A stretch of 64,000 bases of DNA, from positions 192,001 through 256,000 of the forward strand of contig JBDONT010000043.1 in NCBI GenBank assembly GCA_039831155.1, given 5' to 3'. The notes under the pieces are model-generated. The model was not told where the DNA came from, ran no database searches, and saw only the letters and a list, made by a program, of their open reading frames with translations. Origin of the DNA: Nautiliaceae bacterium (GTDB lineage Bacteria; Campylobacterota; Campylobacteria; Campylobacterales; Nautiliaceae). The position numbers and the translations under genes were made by a program. Below are positions 18,995-28,002 of this stretch, in pieces; positions within the stretch are counted from its first letter, which is position 1, and each line of letters begins with the position of its first letter.

Positions 18995-19817
18995 TCTTAA
19001 CTACCCCGTTTTCTTGAATAATTTTTTCTTCTTTAATAAGTTCGTTAATAGCTGATTTAAATGCTTTTTTACTTACTTTGAAATATTTTTTAATTTCATC
19101 GGGAGATGATTTCGTAGTTATATTAATTTTCCCCCACTCTTTAATTGTTTTATAAACTTTTTCTTTAACATCATCACGAGAGCCGACTTTTTGTAAGCTC
19201 AAATCAAGTTTTCCATCACTTCTTACATTTTTAATATACGCTTTTTTAATATCCCCTACTTTTATATTCTCAAAAATTTCATTATCAAAAAGCATTCCCT
19301 CATACATATTATCAACAATACATTTATATCCAAGAGGAGTTTTTGCAATTATAAGAACTTTTACTTCATCGTTTATTTCATAGTTTTTAGCTTTTTTAAG
19401 ATTACGCGATAGTTTTGCATCCAAAAGAAGCCTATCGCTTTTTTCATCATAAACGATTTTACCAATAACTTTATCACCGATTTTTAGGTTTTTGTTTGTA
19501 TTTCCAAAAGGCAAAAACAAGTCTTTTTCCATTCCAAAATCAACAAAATATCCAAAATCGGTCTTTCCTATTACCTCAAAAATTCCAAACTCTCCATATT
19601 CATATTTTGGCTTTTTAGTAGTTGCTACATATCTATCTTCCGAATCATTTACAATAAAAACTTCTATCTCATCCCCAATTTTCATATTATCTTCTACATA
19701 CCTATTCGGAAGTAAAACCATATCCCCATCAAGAGCCTCAAGATATAATCCTTGAGGAGTTTTTTTTGATATTTTTAATCTATTTAAAGAACCAAGCTTT
19801 AAATACTCTTCAATCAT
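18984..19817 (-). CDS. cvfB: CvfB/YitL-family S1 RNA-binding protein
   Basis: repeated S1 domains, EKDLFLPF, C-terminal winged helix SPDEIK..F.VSKKAFK. Confidence 0.88.
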   Translation of the reverse strand: MIEEYLKLGSLNRLKISKKTPQGLYLEALDGDMVLLPNRYVEDNMKIGDEIEVFIVNDSEDRYVATTKKPKYEYGEFGIFEVIGKTDFGYFVDFGMEKDLFLPFGNTNKNLKIGDKVIGKIVYDEKSDRLLLDAKLSRNLKKAKNYEINDEVKVLIIAKTPLGYKCIVDNMYEGMLFDNEIFENIKVGDIKKAYIKNVRSDGKLDLSLQKVGSRDDVKEKVYKTIKEWGKINITTKSSPDEIKKYFKVSKKAFKSAINELIKEEKIIQENGVVKIKS

Positions 19818-20908
19818 ACATTAAACCTAAAATGCATAATATCTCCATCTTGCACTACATAATCTTTACCTTCAAGCCTCATCTTACCAGCCTCTTTTGC
19901 ACCCTGTTCTCCTCCATACTTGATAAAATCATCATAACTTATCACCTCAGCTCTAATAAACCCTTTTTCAAAATCTGTATGAATAACCCCGGCAGCCTGA
20001 GGAGCCTTTGTGCCTTTTTTAATAGTCCAGCTTCTAACTTCAATTTTTCCAGCAGTAAAATAGCTTATTAAATCAAGCTTTTCATACGCTTTTTTAATAA
20101 TTTGGTCTAGTCCACTCTCACTTGCCCCCATACTCTCTAAAAACTCTTTTCTCTCTTCATCACTCATATCTACCATCTCTTCTTCAATCTTAGCACATAG
20201 CTTAATTACTTCTCTTCCGTGTTTTTTTGCATACTCTTTTAAGGCTTTTACATACTCATTATCTTCAGCCAATCCCTCTTCATCAACATTTGCCCCATAA
20301 AAAATCTCTTTATTCGTAAGAAAATTAAGCTCTCTTTCAAGCACTTTAAAAGTTTCTTCATCCTTTTTTGGAAAAGTTCTAACAGGATTTCCATCAGCCA
20401 GCCACTCCATAAGCTCATTTGCAAGTTCAAGCTGAGCTTTTGCTTCTTTAGAGCCTTTTGCTTGTTTAGTTAGTTTTGCAATTCTTTTTTCAAGAGTTTG
20501 CATATCTGCATATAAAAGTTCTTGCTCAATTATCTCAACATCTCTTATCGGGTCAACACTATTTTCAACGTGAATAACATTTGGGTCATCAAAACATCTT
20601 ACCATATGTAAAATTATATCCGTCTCTCTAATATTTGCCAAAAACTGATTTCCAAGCCCTTCACCTTTACTTGCACCTTTTACAAGCCCTGCAATATCAA
20701 CAAACTCAATTGTTGAGTATTGAATTCTCTCAGGATTTACAATCTTAGCAAGCTCCTCTATTCTCTCATCCGGAACCGGTACAACCGCTTTATTGGGCTC
20801 AATCGTACAAAACGGAAAGTTTGCAGCCTCTGCATTTTGAGTTTTAGTTAAAGCGTTAAATGTAGTAGATTTTCCAACATTTGGAAGTCCGACAATACCA
20901 ACTTTCAT
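19814..20908 (-). CDS. ychF: redox-regulated ATPase YchF
   Basis: GIVGLPNVGKST, FCTIEPN, DIAGLV, TGS domain. Confidence 0.97.
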   Translation of the reverse strand: MKVGIVGLPNVGKSTTFNALTKTQNAEAANFPFCTIEPNKAVVPVPDERIEELAKIVNPERIQYSTIEFVDIAGLVKGASKGEGLGNQFLANIRETDIILHMVRCFDDPNVIHVENSVDPIRDVEIIEQELLYADMQTLEKRIAKLTKQAKGSKEAKAQLELANELMEWLADGNPVRTFPKKDEETFKVLERELNFLTNKEIFYGANVDEEGLAEDNEYVKALKEYAKKHGREVIKLCAKIEEEMVDMSDEERKEFLESMGASESGLDQIIKKAYEKLDLISYFTAGKIEVRSWTIKKGTKAPQAAGVIHTDFEKGFIRAEVISYDDFIKYGGEQGAKEAGKMRLEGKDYVVQDGDIMHFRFNV

Positions 20909-21042
20909 TTTATTTTTCTCCTTATTTTCGGGATTTTCTCAATTTTGGTTACAAGTTTGTGGTTGCAATTTAAACGAAAAAACTACGAAACATAACCAAA
21001 AAAGAGAATTCGTTATTTTATATACAATATAAATTATGTGGA

Positions 21043-21051
21043 ATTATACCT
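21043..21051 (-). promoter_or_regulatory. probable -10 box for ychF
   Basis: AGGTATAAT about 135 nt upstream of the ychF ATG. Confidence 0.5.
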
Positions 21052-21124
21052 TAAAACTATTAGTTTTTATTTTTACAACCGGAGTAATAAAAATTTTATA
21101 CTAAAAACAACTTCGATAAACTTC

Positions 21125-21994
21125 TTATTTGAATTTATCCATATAACCAAATATCAATAACGGTTTAATCTTAAATTGCAATGATGTAGGGTCCGGTGTA
21201 CCTCCTTTTCTTTGCATTACTATACCATTACTAAGCTGTAGACTTGCTTTCCTTTTTTTAGTTAATTTCACGTCTCCTATTTGAAAGCAATCCAAAGCCG
21301 TATTAATATTTGTTAAAACCCATTTCGTTTCATTTTTATCCGGGTCGTATCTTACCACCATTAACCATTCTGCAGCTAAAGCTCCTCGCCCTTTTATAAT
21401 ATCAAGTAAAATTTGAAACTTTTTTTCGCTAAAAAATTTAATTATTTTTTCTAAATATTTTGGCTTTAAATAATTTAGATAAATTCTTCTACAATCTTCA
21501 AGTTCTTCCGCTGTCATCCCACAATATTTACATAGTAAGTCAGGGTGTTTTACCGGTTCTATTTCTCCGGTAAATAATTTTAATATCGTCGCAATTTCGT
21601 CATCAAACTTCCATATTTTTTGATACCTGTCTACTTTTCTCTTGTCTACTTGATTATAATTTGCATTTTTATTTGCTTTCTTAACAGAAATATTTTCTCT
21701 TTTTATAACCCCATTACTTAAAATAACCGTAATTTGAACCTGTAAGTCTGCTTTTTTAAATTGCAAATCTTCATCGTTTTCCAATCCGAGACTTCTTGCA
21801 AATTCTTTGTTTATTTGTGGTGGAATCCCAATTGCCCTTACCTCTTTAATATCTTCTAATCTACAACCGAGTATTTTTAACCAAACCTGTGCTTCTTTAT
21901 CGTTTTTCCAATTATTAAATTTCTCAACCACTTTGTCTTCAGATGCGAAACCTCCTTTTGCCGTTGAAGAACCAAATTCAAAATCATACGCCAT
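21125..21994 (-). CDS. type II restriction endonuclease, HinP1I-like
   Basis: GSSTAKGGFASE, NYNQVDK, WKFDD, LFTGE, GRGALAAEW, QRKGG, LQFKI match HinP1I as recalled. Confidence 0.82.
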   Translation of the reverse strand: MAYDFEFGSSTAKGGFASEDKVVEKFNNWKNDKEAQVWLKILGCRLEDIKEVRAIGIPPQINKEFARSLGLENDEDLQFKKADLQVQITVILSNGVIKRENISVKKANKNANYNQVDKRKVDRYQKIWKFDDEIATILKLFTGEIEPVKHPDLLCKYCGMTAEELEDCRRIYLNYLKPKYLEKIIKFFSEKKFQILLDIIKGRGALAAEWLMVVRYDPDKNETKWVLTNINTALDCFQIGDVKLTKKRKASLQLSNGIVMQRKGGTPDPTSLQFKIKPLLIFGYMDKFK

Positions 21995-22024
21995 TTTAAA
22001 ACTCCTTATAAAACATCAAATAAA

Positions 22025-22048
22025 ACCGATTGTTCTACCGATTGTTCT
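22025..22048. repeat. perfect 12-bp tandem repeat in the M-R spacer
   Basis: ACCGATTGTTCT x2, followed by CTAT iterations. Confidence 0.9.
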
Positions 22049-22060
22049 ATCTATCTATTT

Positions 22061-23023
22061 TTATTTAAAAATATTTTTAAATATAGGATTTATTACGGCT
22101 TTAACAACGTTTACAGGAACGCTGTTTCCAAATAAAGAAATAGCTTTATTATAAGACACATCTTTTATTTCATAAGAATCAGGAAACCCGAAAAGCTTTT
22201 TAACTTCGTTTACGGTTAATTTTCGGATTCCTTCCGGAGTTTTATAAGCCCCTGTTTTTGAAAACACTCCCCCTGTACTATGGGAAATAGTTACCGAAGT
22301 TCCTTTAATACTATAAATTCTCTCTCCTTGTCTTCCTTTTTTAACTTTAGCTATTTGATAAGGTCCGTGGATTCTTTTGTCGGTTTCTTCTTTTATTATT
22401 TCATAATCTCCATCATAAAATAAAGTTGCGTCAACTTCTTTTTCAATAATATCTTCAAGAACAACTACATTGCAATTCTTTTTTGCGTCTTCTTTTAATT
22501 TTTTAAAATCGTAAGTAAAATCATAATCTTTATGAATAGCGACTATAAAAACTCTTTCTCTACTTTGTGCTAAATTAAAAAATTTAGAATTTAAAATATC
22601 CGCATAAACATTATAGTCAAGTTCTTCAAGTAATCTTTTTACCGTGATAAAAGTATTTCCACTATCATGAGTTAAAAAATTTCTAACATTCTCCAACACC
22701 AACACCGGAGGTCTTTTAACTTCTACAATATCCCTAATATAAAAAAATAAATTTCCGTTTTTTTCGTCTTCAAAACCTTTCCTCTTTCCCGCTACGCTAA
22801 AAGGCTGACAAGGAAATCCGGCAAACAAAATATCAAAATCAGGAATATCTTCTGGGTTGATTTTTGTTATATCGGGATAAGGCTCATCTTTAAAATTATC
22901 TTTGTATACCTTTTTGGCGTTTTTTTCTATTTCACAACTAAAAACGCAGTCTCCTCCTAATTCTTCAGCAGCAATTCTAAATCCTCCGATTCCGGCAAAC
23001 AAATCAACAAACTTAACACTCAT
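22061..23023 (-). CDS. C5-cytosine DNA methyltransferase, M.HhaI-like
   Basis: DLFAGIGG, GFPCQ, LENV, QSRERV, GNSV; TRD QGERIYS.KG..T....GG.F.KTG.Y. Confidence 0.92.
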   Translation of the reverse strand: MSVKFVDLFAGIGGFRIAAEELGGDCVFSCEIEKNAKKVYKDNFKDEPYPDITKINPEDIPDFDILFAGFPCQPFSVAGKRKGFEDEKNGNLFFYIRDIVEVKRPPVLVLENVRNFLTHDSGNTFITVKRLLEELDYNVYADILNSKFFNLAQSRERVFIVAIHKDYDFTYDFKKLKEDAKKNCNVVVLEDIIEKEVDATLFYDGDYEIIKEETDKRIHGPYQIAKVKKGRQGERIYSIKGTSVTISHSTGGVFSKTGAYKTPEGIRKLTVNEVKKLFGFPDSYEIKDVSYNKAISLFGNSVPVNVVKAVINPIFKNIFK

Positions 23024-23043
23024 AAAAAAACTTAAAAAAAGAG

Positions 23044-24411
23044 TTACCCTTGAAGAAGAGAAACTATCGTATCAACTCCAAATCCACTAGCTCCATAAGG
23101 GTTATAGCCCCACTCTTTTTCCACAAACGCCGGCCCGGCTATATCAAAATGAGTCCATTTATCCAAATTCTCTTCTTCTATAAAGTTACTAAGGAAAAGT
23201 CCGGCAGTCAACGCTCCTCCATATCTGCTTGAAGCAATGTTACAAATATCTGCTACATTACTTTTTAAAAGTTTTGGTAAGTATTTATTAAATGGAAGAT
23301 ATGCAAAGTTTTCACCTCTTTTCTCTCCTACTTCAATAGCTCTATTTATCGTATTTTTATTGTATCCCATAACACCTGCCGTATATTCTCCAAGCCCAAC
23401 TACACAAGCTCCCGTTAAAGTTGCAAAATCCATTATATAATCAAAATCTTTTATATTCTCTTGAGCGTAACATAAAGAGTCTGCCAAAACAAGTCTACCT
23501 TCAGCATCTGTATTTCTCACTTCAATTGTTTTTCCGTTTTTTACTTTTAGTACGTCATCCGGCTTATAAGCGTTACCTCCTATCATATTCTCAGCCGCAC
23601 CTAATATTGCGTGAACCTCAACATCAAGTTTTAGTTCGCTTATAGCTTTTATAATTCCAAGTACCGTTACGGCTCCTGATTTATCACTTTTCATAGTTAC
23701 CATAAAGTCACTTGGTTTTAAACTAAGTCCTCCACTATCATATGTAAGACCTTTACCTACAAGCACCACTTTTTTCTTAGCGTTTTTCGGTTTATAAGCT
23801 AGATGAATAAGTCTTGGAGGATTGGCACTCGCTTTTCCTACTGCATAAAACGCCCCGTATCCGTTTTCTCTTAGCCACTCTTCATTATAAACTTTACATT
23901 CAAGCTTATTCTCTTTTGCAATTTCTTCAGCAATTGCCGCAAGTTTTGCAGGTGTGATTTCATCCGGCATTGAATTTATTATATCTCTTACGAAATTTAT
24001 TGCATTTGCTCTAATTTTAGCTTCTTTTATAATTTCGTCAAAATCTCTTTTTGAGTTAATAGCAATAGTTTTAATAGGATGTTTCGCTTTTTCACTTTTA
24101 TATTTGTCAAACTCATAATCCCCTAATATAAACCCTTCAAAAAAACTTAAAAGCAAATCTTTATCTTTTGTATTAGGTGGAGTAATTTCGACACTTTCGA
24201 ACTTATATTTTTTAAGTGCTTTAATAATCGTAGCAGTTGCCGTTTTTAAATTTTCGCTGTTTATTTCATCAATTCCCACATAAACTCTTTTCTTCTCCGG
24301 TAATACCAAAACTTCTCTATCTTTTCCACTAAATCCGTATTCTTCGAATTTTTTAGCCCCGTTTACAATAATTTCTGCTTTAACTTGACCTTTACATTTA
24401 ATAAACTTCAT
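23044..24411 (-). CDS. pepA: leucyl aminopeptidase
   Basis: VGKGLTYDSGG, MKSDKSG, NTDAEGRL, ATLTGA. Confidence 0.95.
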   Translation of the reverse strand: MKFIKCKGQVKAEIIVNGAKKFEEYGFSGKDREVLVLPEKKRVYVGIDEINSENLKTATATIIKALKKYKFESVEITPPNTKDKDLLLSFFEGFILGDYEFDKYKSEKAKHPIKTIAINSKRDFDEIIKEAKIRANAINFVRDIINSMPDEITPAKLAAIAEEIAKENKLECKVYNEEWLRENGYGAFYAVGKASANPPRLIHLAYKPKNAKKKVVLVGKGLTYDSGGLSLKPSDFMVTMKSDKSGAVTVLGIIKAISELKLDVEVHAILGAAENMIGGNAYKPDDVLKVKNGKTIEVRNTDAEGRLVLADSLCYAQENIKDFDYIMDFATLTGACVVGLGEYTAGVMGYNKNTINRAIEVGEKRGENFAYLPFNKYLPKLLKSNVADICNIASSRYGGALTAGLFLSNFIEEENLDKWTHFDIAGPAFVEKEWGYNPYGASGFGVDTIVSLLQG

Positions 24412-24420
24412 AAATCCTCC

Positions 24421-25059
24421 TTAACTTTCTTCTTTTTTATTTATATACCACAAAACACCCCACAAAAACAACACAAACAAAATCCCCACATACCAATGGG
24501 CTTTTAACCATTTTAAAATATTTAACAACTCTTCTCCGAAATAATAAGCCGGAATTATAGTAACGGATGCCCAAATAAAAGCAGAAATTAAATTTATCAA
24601 AGCATATTTTCTAGGGTCATATCCACTAACACCTATAGCCATCGGAATAATAGTTCTCATTCCGTAAATAAATCTTTGAATAAATATAACCCATCCCCCG
24701 TATTTTCTAAGAAGAAGTCTTGCTTTTGCAAACTTACGCCTATGGGCGTCAAGTTCTTTTAAAAGCCACGTTTTATTAATTCTACCTAAATAAAAATATA
24801 TCTGATCTCCGATAAAGCCTCCAAGAGCAGCCACCAAAATGGCAAGCCACAAATTCATATCTCCGGTATGAGACAAAATCCCGGCCATTATAAGGCCGGT
24901 TTCCCCCTCAAAAATAGACCAGACAAATAAAATTATATATCCGTACTCTTTTAAAAGATTAACTAAATTATCTTCGTTAAAAAATTCTTTAAACGAGCTA
25001 AAATCAAACCAGTACAAAAAACTTACAAATAAAACTGCTAATATTACCCACTTTTTCAT
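24421..25059 (-). CDS. DedA-family membrane protein
   Basis: EGE, GDQ..F.LGR, RFIYGMR. Confidence 0.9.
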   Translation of the reverse strand: MKKWVILAVLFVSFLYWFDFSSFKEFFNEDNLVNLLKEYGYIILFVWSIFEGETGLIMAGILSHTGDMNLWLAILVAALGGFIGDQIYFYLGRINKTWLLKELDAHRRKFAKARLLLRKYGGWVIFIQRFIYGMRTIIPMAIGVSGYDPRKYALINLISAFIWASVTIIPAYYFGEELLNILKWLKAHWYVGILFVLFLWGVLWYINKKEES

Positions 25060-25068
25060 ATCTACTCT

Positions 25069-25650
25069 TTAAAATTCAAATTTTGAACCTATTTTTATCA
25101 TAAACGAATCAAAATCCCAATTGGCGTTTTCACTAACACTTTTACTTACAGAGTCTTTTACCGAGTGCATTTCATAACCAAAAGATATATCATAACTAAC
25201 TTTAGGATAATTAACCAAATACATACTCTCTCCTACAAAAGCTCCCAAATAAAGACCCTCTTTAGATTCATCGTATTTACCACTCCCTAGAGAATTCATT
25301 TTATCATACCCTAAACATAAATCAACAAAAAAGTCCATCTTAGCAACTTTATAAACTTTAGAAGCAAAAACTCCCAAATAACCGGCACCAAAAACATTAT
25401 AATTATGAATATCCATATTTTCAGTTTTGGGATTTATTTGACCCCTTTGGTAAAATATATAATATTTTCCGTTTTGAATATAAATTTTAGCTCCATAACT
25501 AGCTATATCGTTCGAATCCTCAAAAGGACTTGTTTCATAAGAAGAGTCTTTAATTTTAACATCACCTTTTATACCTCCCATTAATTGAATACCTACATAA
25601 CTCTTAGCAAATAACAAACTTCCAAAAATCAAAAAAAACAGTTTTTTCAA
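25069..25650 (-). CDS. putative outer-membrane beta-barrel protein
   Basis: signal peptide (KKLFFLIFGSLLFA), amphipathic strands, C-terminal Phe; TTG start inferred. Confidence 0.55.
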   Translation of the reverse strand: MKKLFFLIFGSLLFAKSYVGIQLMGGIKGDVKIKDSSYETSPFEDSNDIASYGAKIYIQNGKYYIFYQRGQINPKTENMDIHNYNVFGAGYLGVFASKVYKVAKMDFFVDLCLGYDKMNSLGSGKYDESKEGLYLGAFVGESMYLVNYPKVSYDISFGYEMHSVKDSVSKSVSENANWDFDSFMIKIGSKFEF

Positions 25651-25660
25651 CTTATTCCCT

Positions 25661-26857
25661 TTAACTAAAATCAAGCAAGTTTTTAGCTTGCATCATATCC
25701 TTATCTCCACGTCCGGAAAGGTTTACTATTACAAGTTTGTTTTCGATACCTTTTAATTTTCTAAGATACGCTACTGCATGTGAACTTTCAAACGCAGGAA
25801 TTATTCCCTCTTTTTGACTTAGCCATACAAATGCTTCAAGTGCTTCTTTGTCGGTTATATAATCATACTTGACGTTTCCTTTTTCAAAATGAAAAGCGTG
25901 TTCCGGTCCAATACCCGGATAATCAAGCCCGGCACTGATACTATGAGCTTCAAGAATTTGACCGTCTTCATCTTGAAGCAAATAACTCATTTGTCCGTGA
26001 AGCACCCCGGGGCTTCCGGCATTAAGACTAGCTCCGTGTTTTCCACTCTCAATCCCAAGTCCCCCAGCTTCAATTCCTATACACTCTACACTCTCTTCTT
26101 CTAAAAAGTGAGAAAAAATCCCCATTGCGTTACTTCCACCACCGATACATGCTATCACGTAATCCGGGAGACGATTTTCTTTTTTAAGTATTTGAGCTTT
26201 CGCTTCATATCCTATTATCGCTTGAAAATCTCTTACCATCATAGGATAAGGATGAGGTCCGGCAACCGTTCCTATCACATAAAAAGTATCCCTTGCATTA
26301 GTTACCCAATATCTTATCGCTTCATTCATAGCATCTTTAAGCGTTCTACTCCCACTTTTTACCGGATGAACTTTTGCTCCTAAAAGCTTCATTCTAAATA
26401 CGTTAAGCTCTTGTCTTTTTACGTCTTTTTCACCCATAAATATCTCACACTCAAGCCCAAGAAGTGCCGCGGCCGTTGCCGTCGCAACCCCGTGTTGACC
26501 GGCTCCCGTTTCTGCGATTACTCTTTTTTTACCCATCTTTTTGGCAAGTAAAACTTGACCTATTGTATTATTTACTTTATGAGCACCCGTGTGATTTAAA
26601 TCTTCTCTTTTTAAGTAAATTTTTGCATTAAGTTCTTTGCTTAAATTAGGAGCAAAATAAAGCCCCGTCGGGCGACCTATGTACTCTTTATAATAATAAT
26701 CCATCTCACGCCAAAATTCCTCGCTAAAACGAACGTTTTTATAAAATTCTTCCAATTCAAGTAAAACCGGCATAAGAGTTTCGGGTACGTATCTTCCCCC
26801 GAATTTATCAAAATGTCCTCTCTCATCCGGGTCAAAAATCGGTTTTGGTATATACAT
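25661..26857 (-). CDS. trpB: tryptophan synthase beta chain
   Basis: [29 protein letters not shown]. Confidence 0.97.
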   Translation of the reverse strand: MYIPKPIFDPDERGHFDKFGGRYVPETLMPVLLELEEFYKNVRFSEEFWREMDYYYKEYIGRPTGLYFAPNLSKELNAKIYLKREDLNHTGAHKVNNTIGQVLLAKKMGKKRVIAETGAGQHGVATATAAALLGLECEIFMGEKDVKRQELNVFRMKLLGAKVHPVKSGSRTLKDAMNEAIRYWVTNARDTFYVIGTVAGPHPYPMMVRDFQAIIGYEAKAQILKKENRLPDYVIACIGGGSNAMGIFSHFLEEESVECIGIEAGGLGIESGKHGASLNAGSPGVLHGQMSYLLQDEDGQILEAHSISAGLDYPGIGPEHAFHFEKGNVKYDYITDKEALEAFVWLSQKEGIIPAFESSHAVAYLRKLKGIENKLVIVNLSGRGDKDMMQAKNLLDFS

Positions 26858-26866
26858 CATATTCCT

Positions 26867-27397
26867 TTAATATTCAACTAAACTATCAACTTTTACGCCT
26901 AGTTTTTCAAGTTTTTCTTTTCCGTCAAGAAACTCAAGCTCAATCAAAAACAAAGCGGCTTTAACATCTGCTCCCAATTTTTGAATAAGCTTAACGGCAG
27001 CTTCAGCCGTCCCACCGGTTGCTATCAAATCATCTACAAGCAAAACTTTTGGATTTTTTTTGTTATTAAAAGCGTCTATATGAATTTCGATTTCATCAAA
27101 GCCGTACTCAAGTGCATATCTTTCGGCAACGGTAGTATAAGGAAGTTTACCTTTTTTTCTTATAGGCACAAACCCTTTTTTTATCTTAGATGCTATAGCC
27201 GAAGCAAATATAAAACCGCGAGATTCTATTCCACACACAAAATCTACATCTTTATATTTTTCGCTCCAAAAATCAATTACCTCACTAAAAAGTTCTCCGT
27301 TATTTAAAAAAGTGGTAATATCCTTAAAAACAATACCTTTTTGAGGAAAGTCCGGAATATCGCGAATAGCAAATTTTACTCTTGTAGCTAGGTCCAT
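26867..27397 (-). CDS. apt: adenine phosphoribosyltransferase
   Basis: [28 protein letters not shown]. Confidence 0.96.
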   Translation of the reverse strand: MDLATRVKFAIRDIPDFPQKGIVFKDITTFLNNGELFSEVIDFWSEKYKDVDFVCGIESRGFIFASAIASKIKKGFVPIRKKGKLPYTTVAERYALEYGFDEIEIHIDAFNNKKNPKVLLVDDLIATGGTAEAAVKLIQKLGADVKAALFLIELEFLDGKEKLEKLGVKVDSLVEY

Positions 27398-27400
27398 TTT

Positions 27401-27425
27401 ATCTCCTTAAAAATAAAAAGGAGAT
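27401..27425 (-). promoter_or_regulatory. hairpin pairing an anti-SD with the apt SD
   Basis: minus ATCTCCTT-N9-AAGGAGAT then AAA ATG. Confidence 0.55.
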
Positions 27426-27988
27426 TATTTAACTTTTTCTAAATAATCTCCAGTTCTTGTATCCACTTTGATTTTATCCCCTTCAAGTATATGACACGGC
27501 ACGGTTACAACGGCACCGGTTTCAAGCTTAGCCGGTTTTCTACAAGCCCCACTTCTATCTCTGTTACTTACCGGTTGAGTTTCAACAACCTCAAGTTCTA
27601 CTGTTAAAGGAAGTTCAACTCCTATTACTTTTCCGTTATGGAAAAGTACGTCAACATTCATACCTTCAAGTAAAAATCCTTTTGATTCTTCAAAAATCTT
27701 AACGTCAATAGGAATCATCTCAAACGTTTCGTTATCCATAAAATAGTAAATATCCCCCTCATTATAAGAGTATTGATATTTACGTCTTTCAAGATTCGGC
27801 TCATCTGCTTTATCACCGGCATGGAATGTTTTTTCAATTACTCTTCCGTCGATTAAGTTTTTAAGTTTTGTTCTAACAAACGCCGCACCTTTTCCCGGTT
27901 TTACGTGATGATATTCAACAATTTTATATGGAATTCCGTCAAGTTCAATATTTAGATATTTTTTTAAATCACTCATACTATATGCCAT
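27425..27988 (-). CDS. efp: elongation factor P
   Basis: HVKPGKGAAFVR, FMDNETFE, KPAKLETG, VDTRTG. Confidence 0.95.
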   Translation of the reverse strand: MAYSMSDLKKYLNIELDGIPYKIVEYHHVKPGKGAAFVRTKLKNLIDGRVIEKTFHAGDKADEPNLERRKYQYSYNEGDIYYFMDNETFEMIPIDVKIFEESKGFLLEGMNVDVLFHNGKVIGVELPLTVELEVVETQPVSNRDRSGACRKPAKLETGAVVTVPCHILEGDKIKVDTRTGDYLEKVK

Positions 27989-28002
27989 AATTTCTCCTTC
28001 AA

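Noticed and set aside
20943-21001. Integron attC site, dif site or tRNA
   Set aside because: The GTT/AAC boxes are in the wrong order for attC, it does not match difH as I recall it, there is no cloverleaf, and no integrase is nearby.
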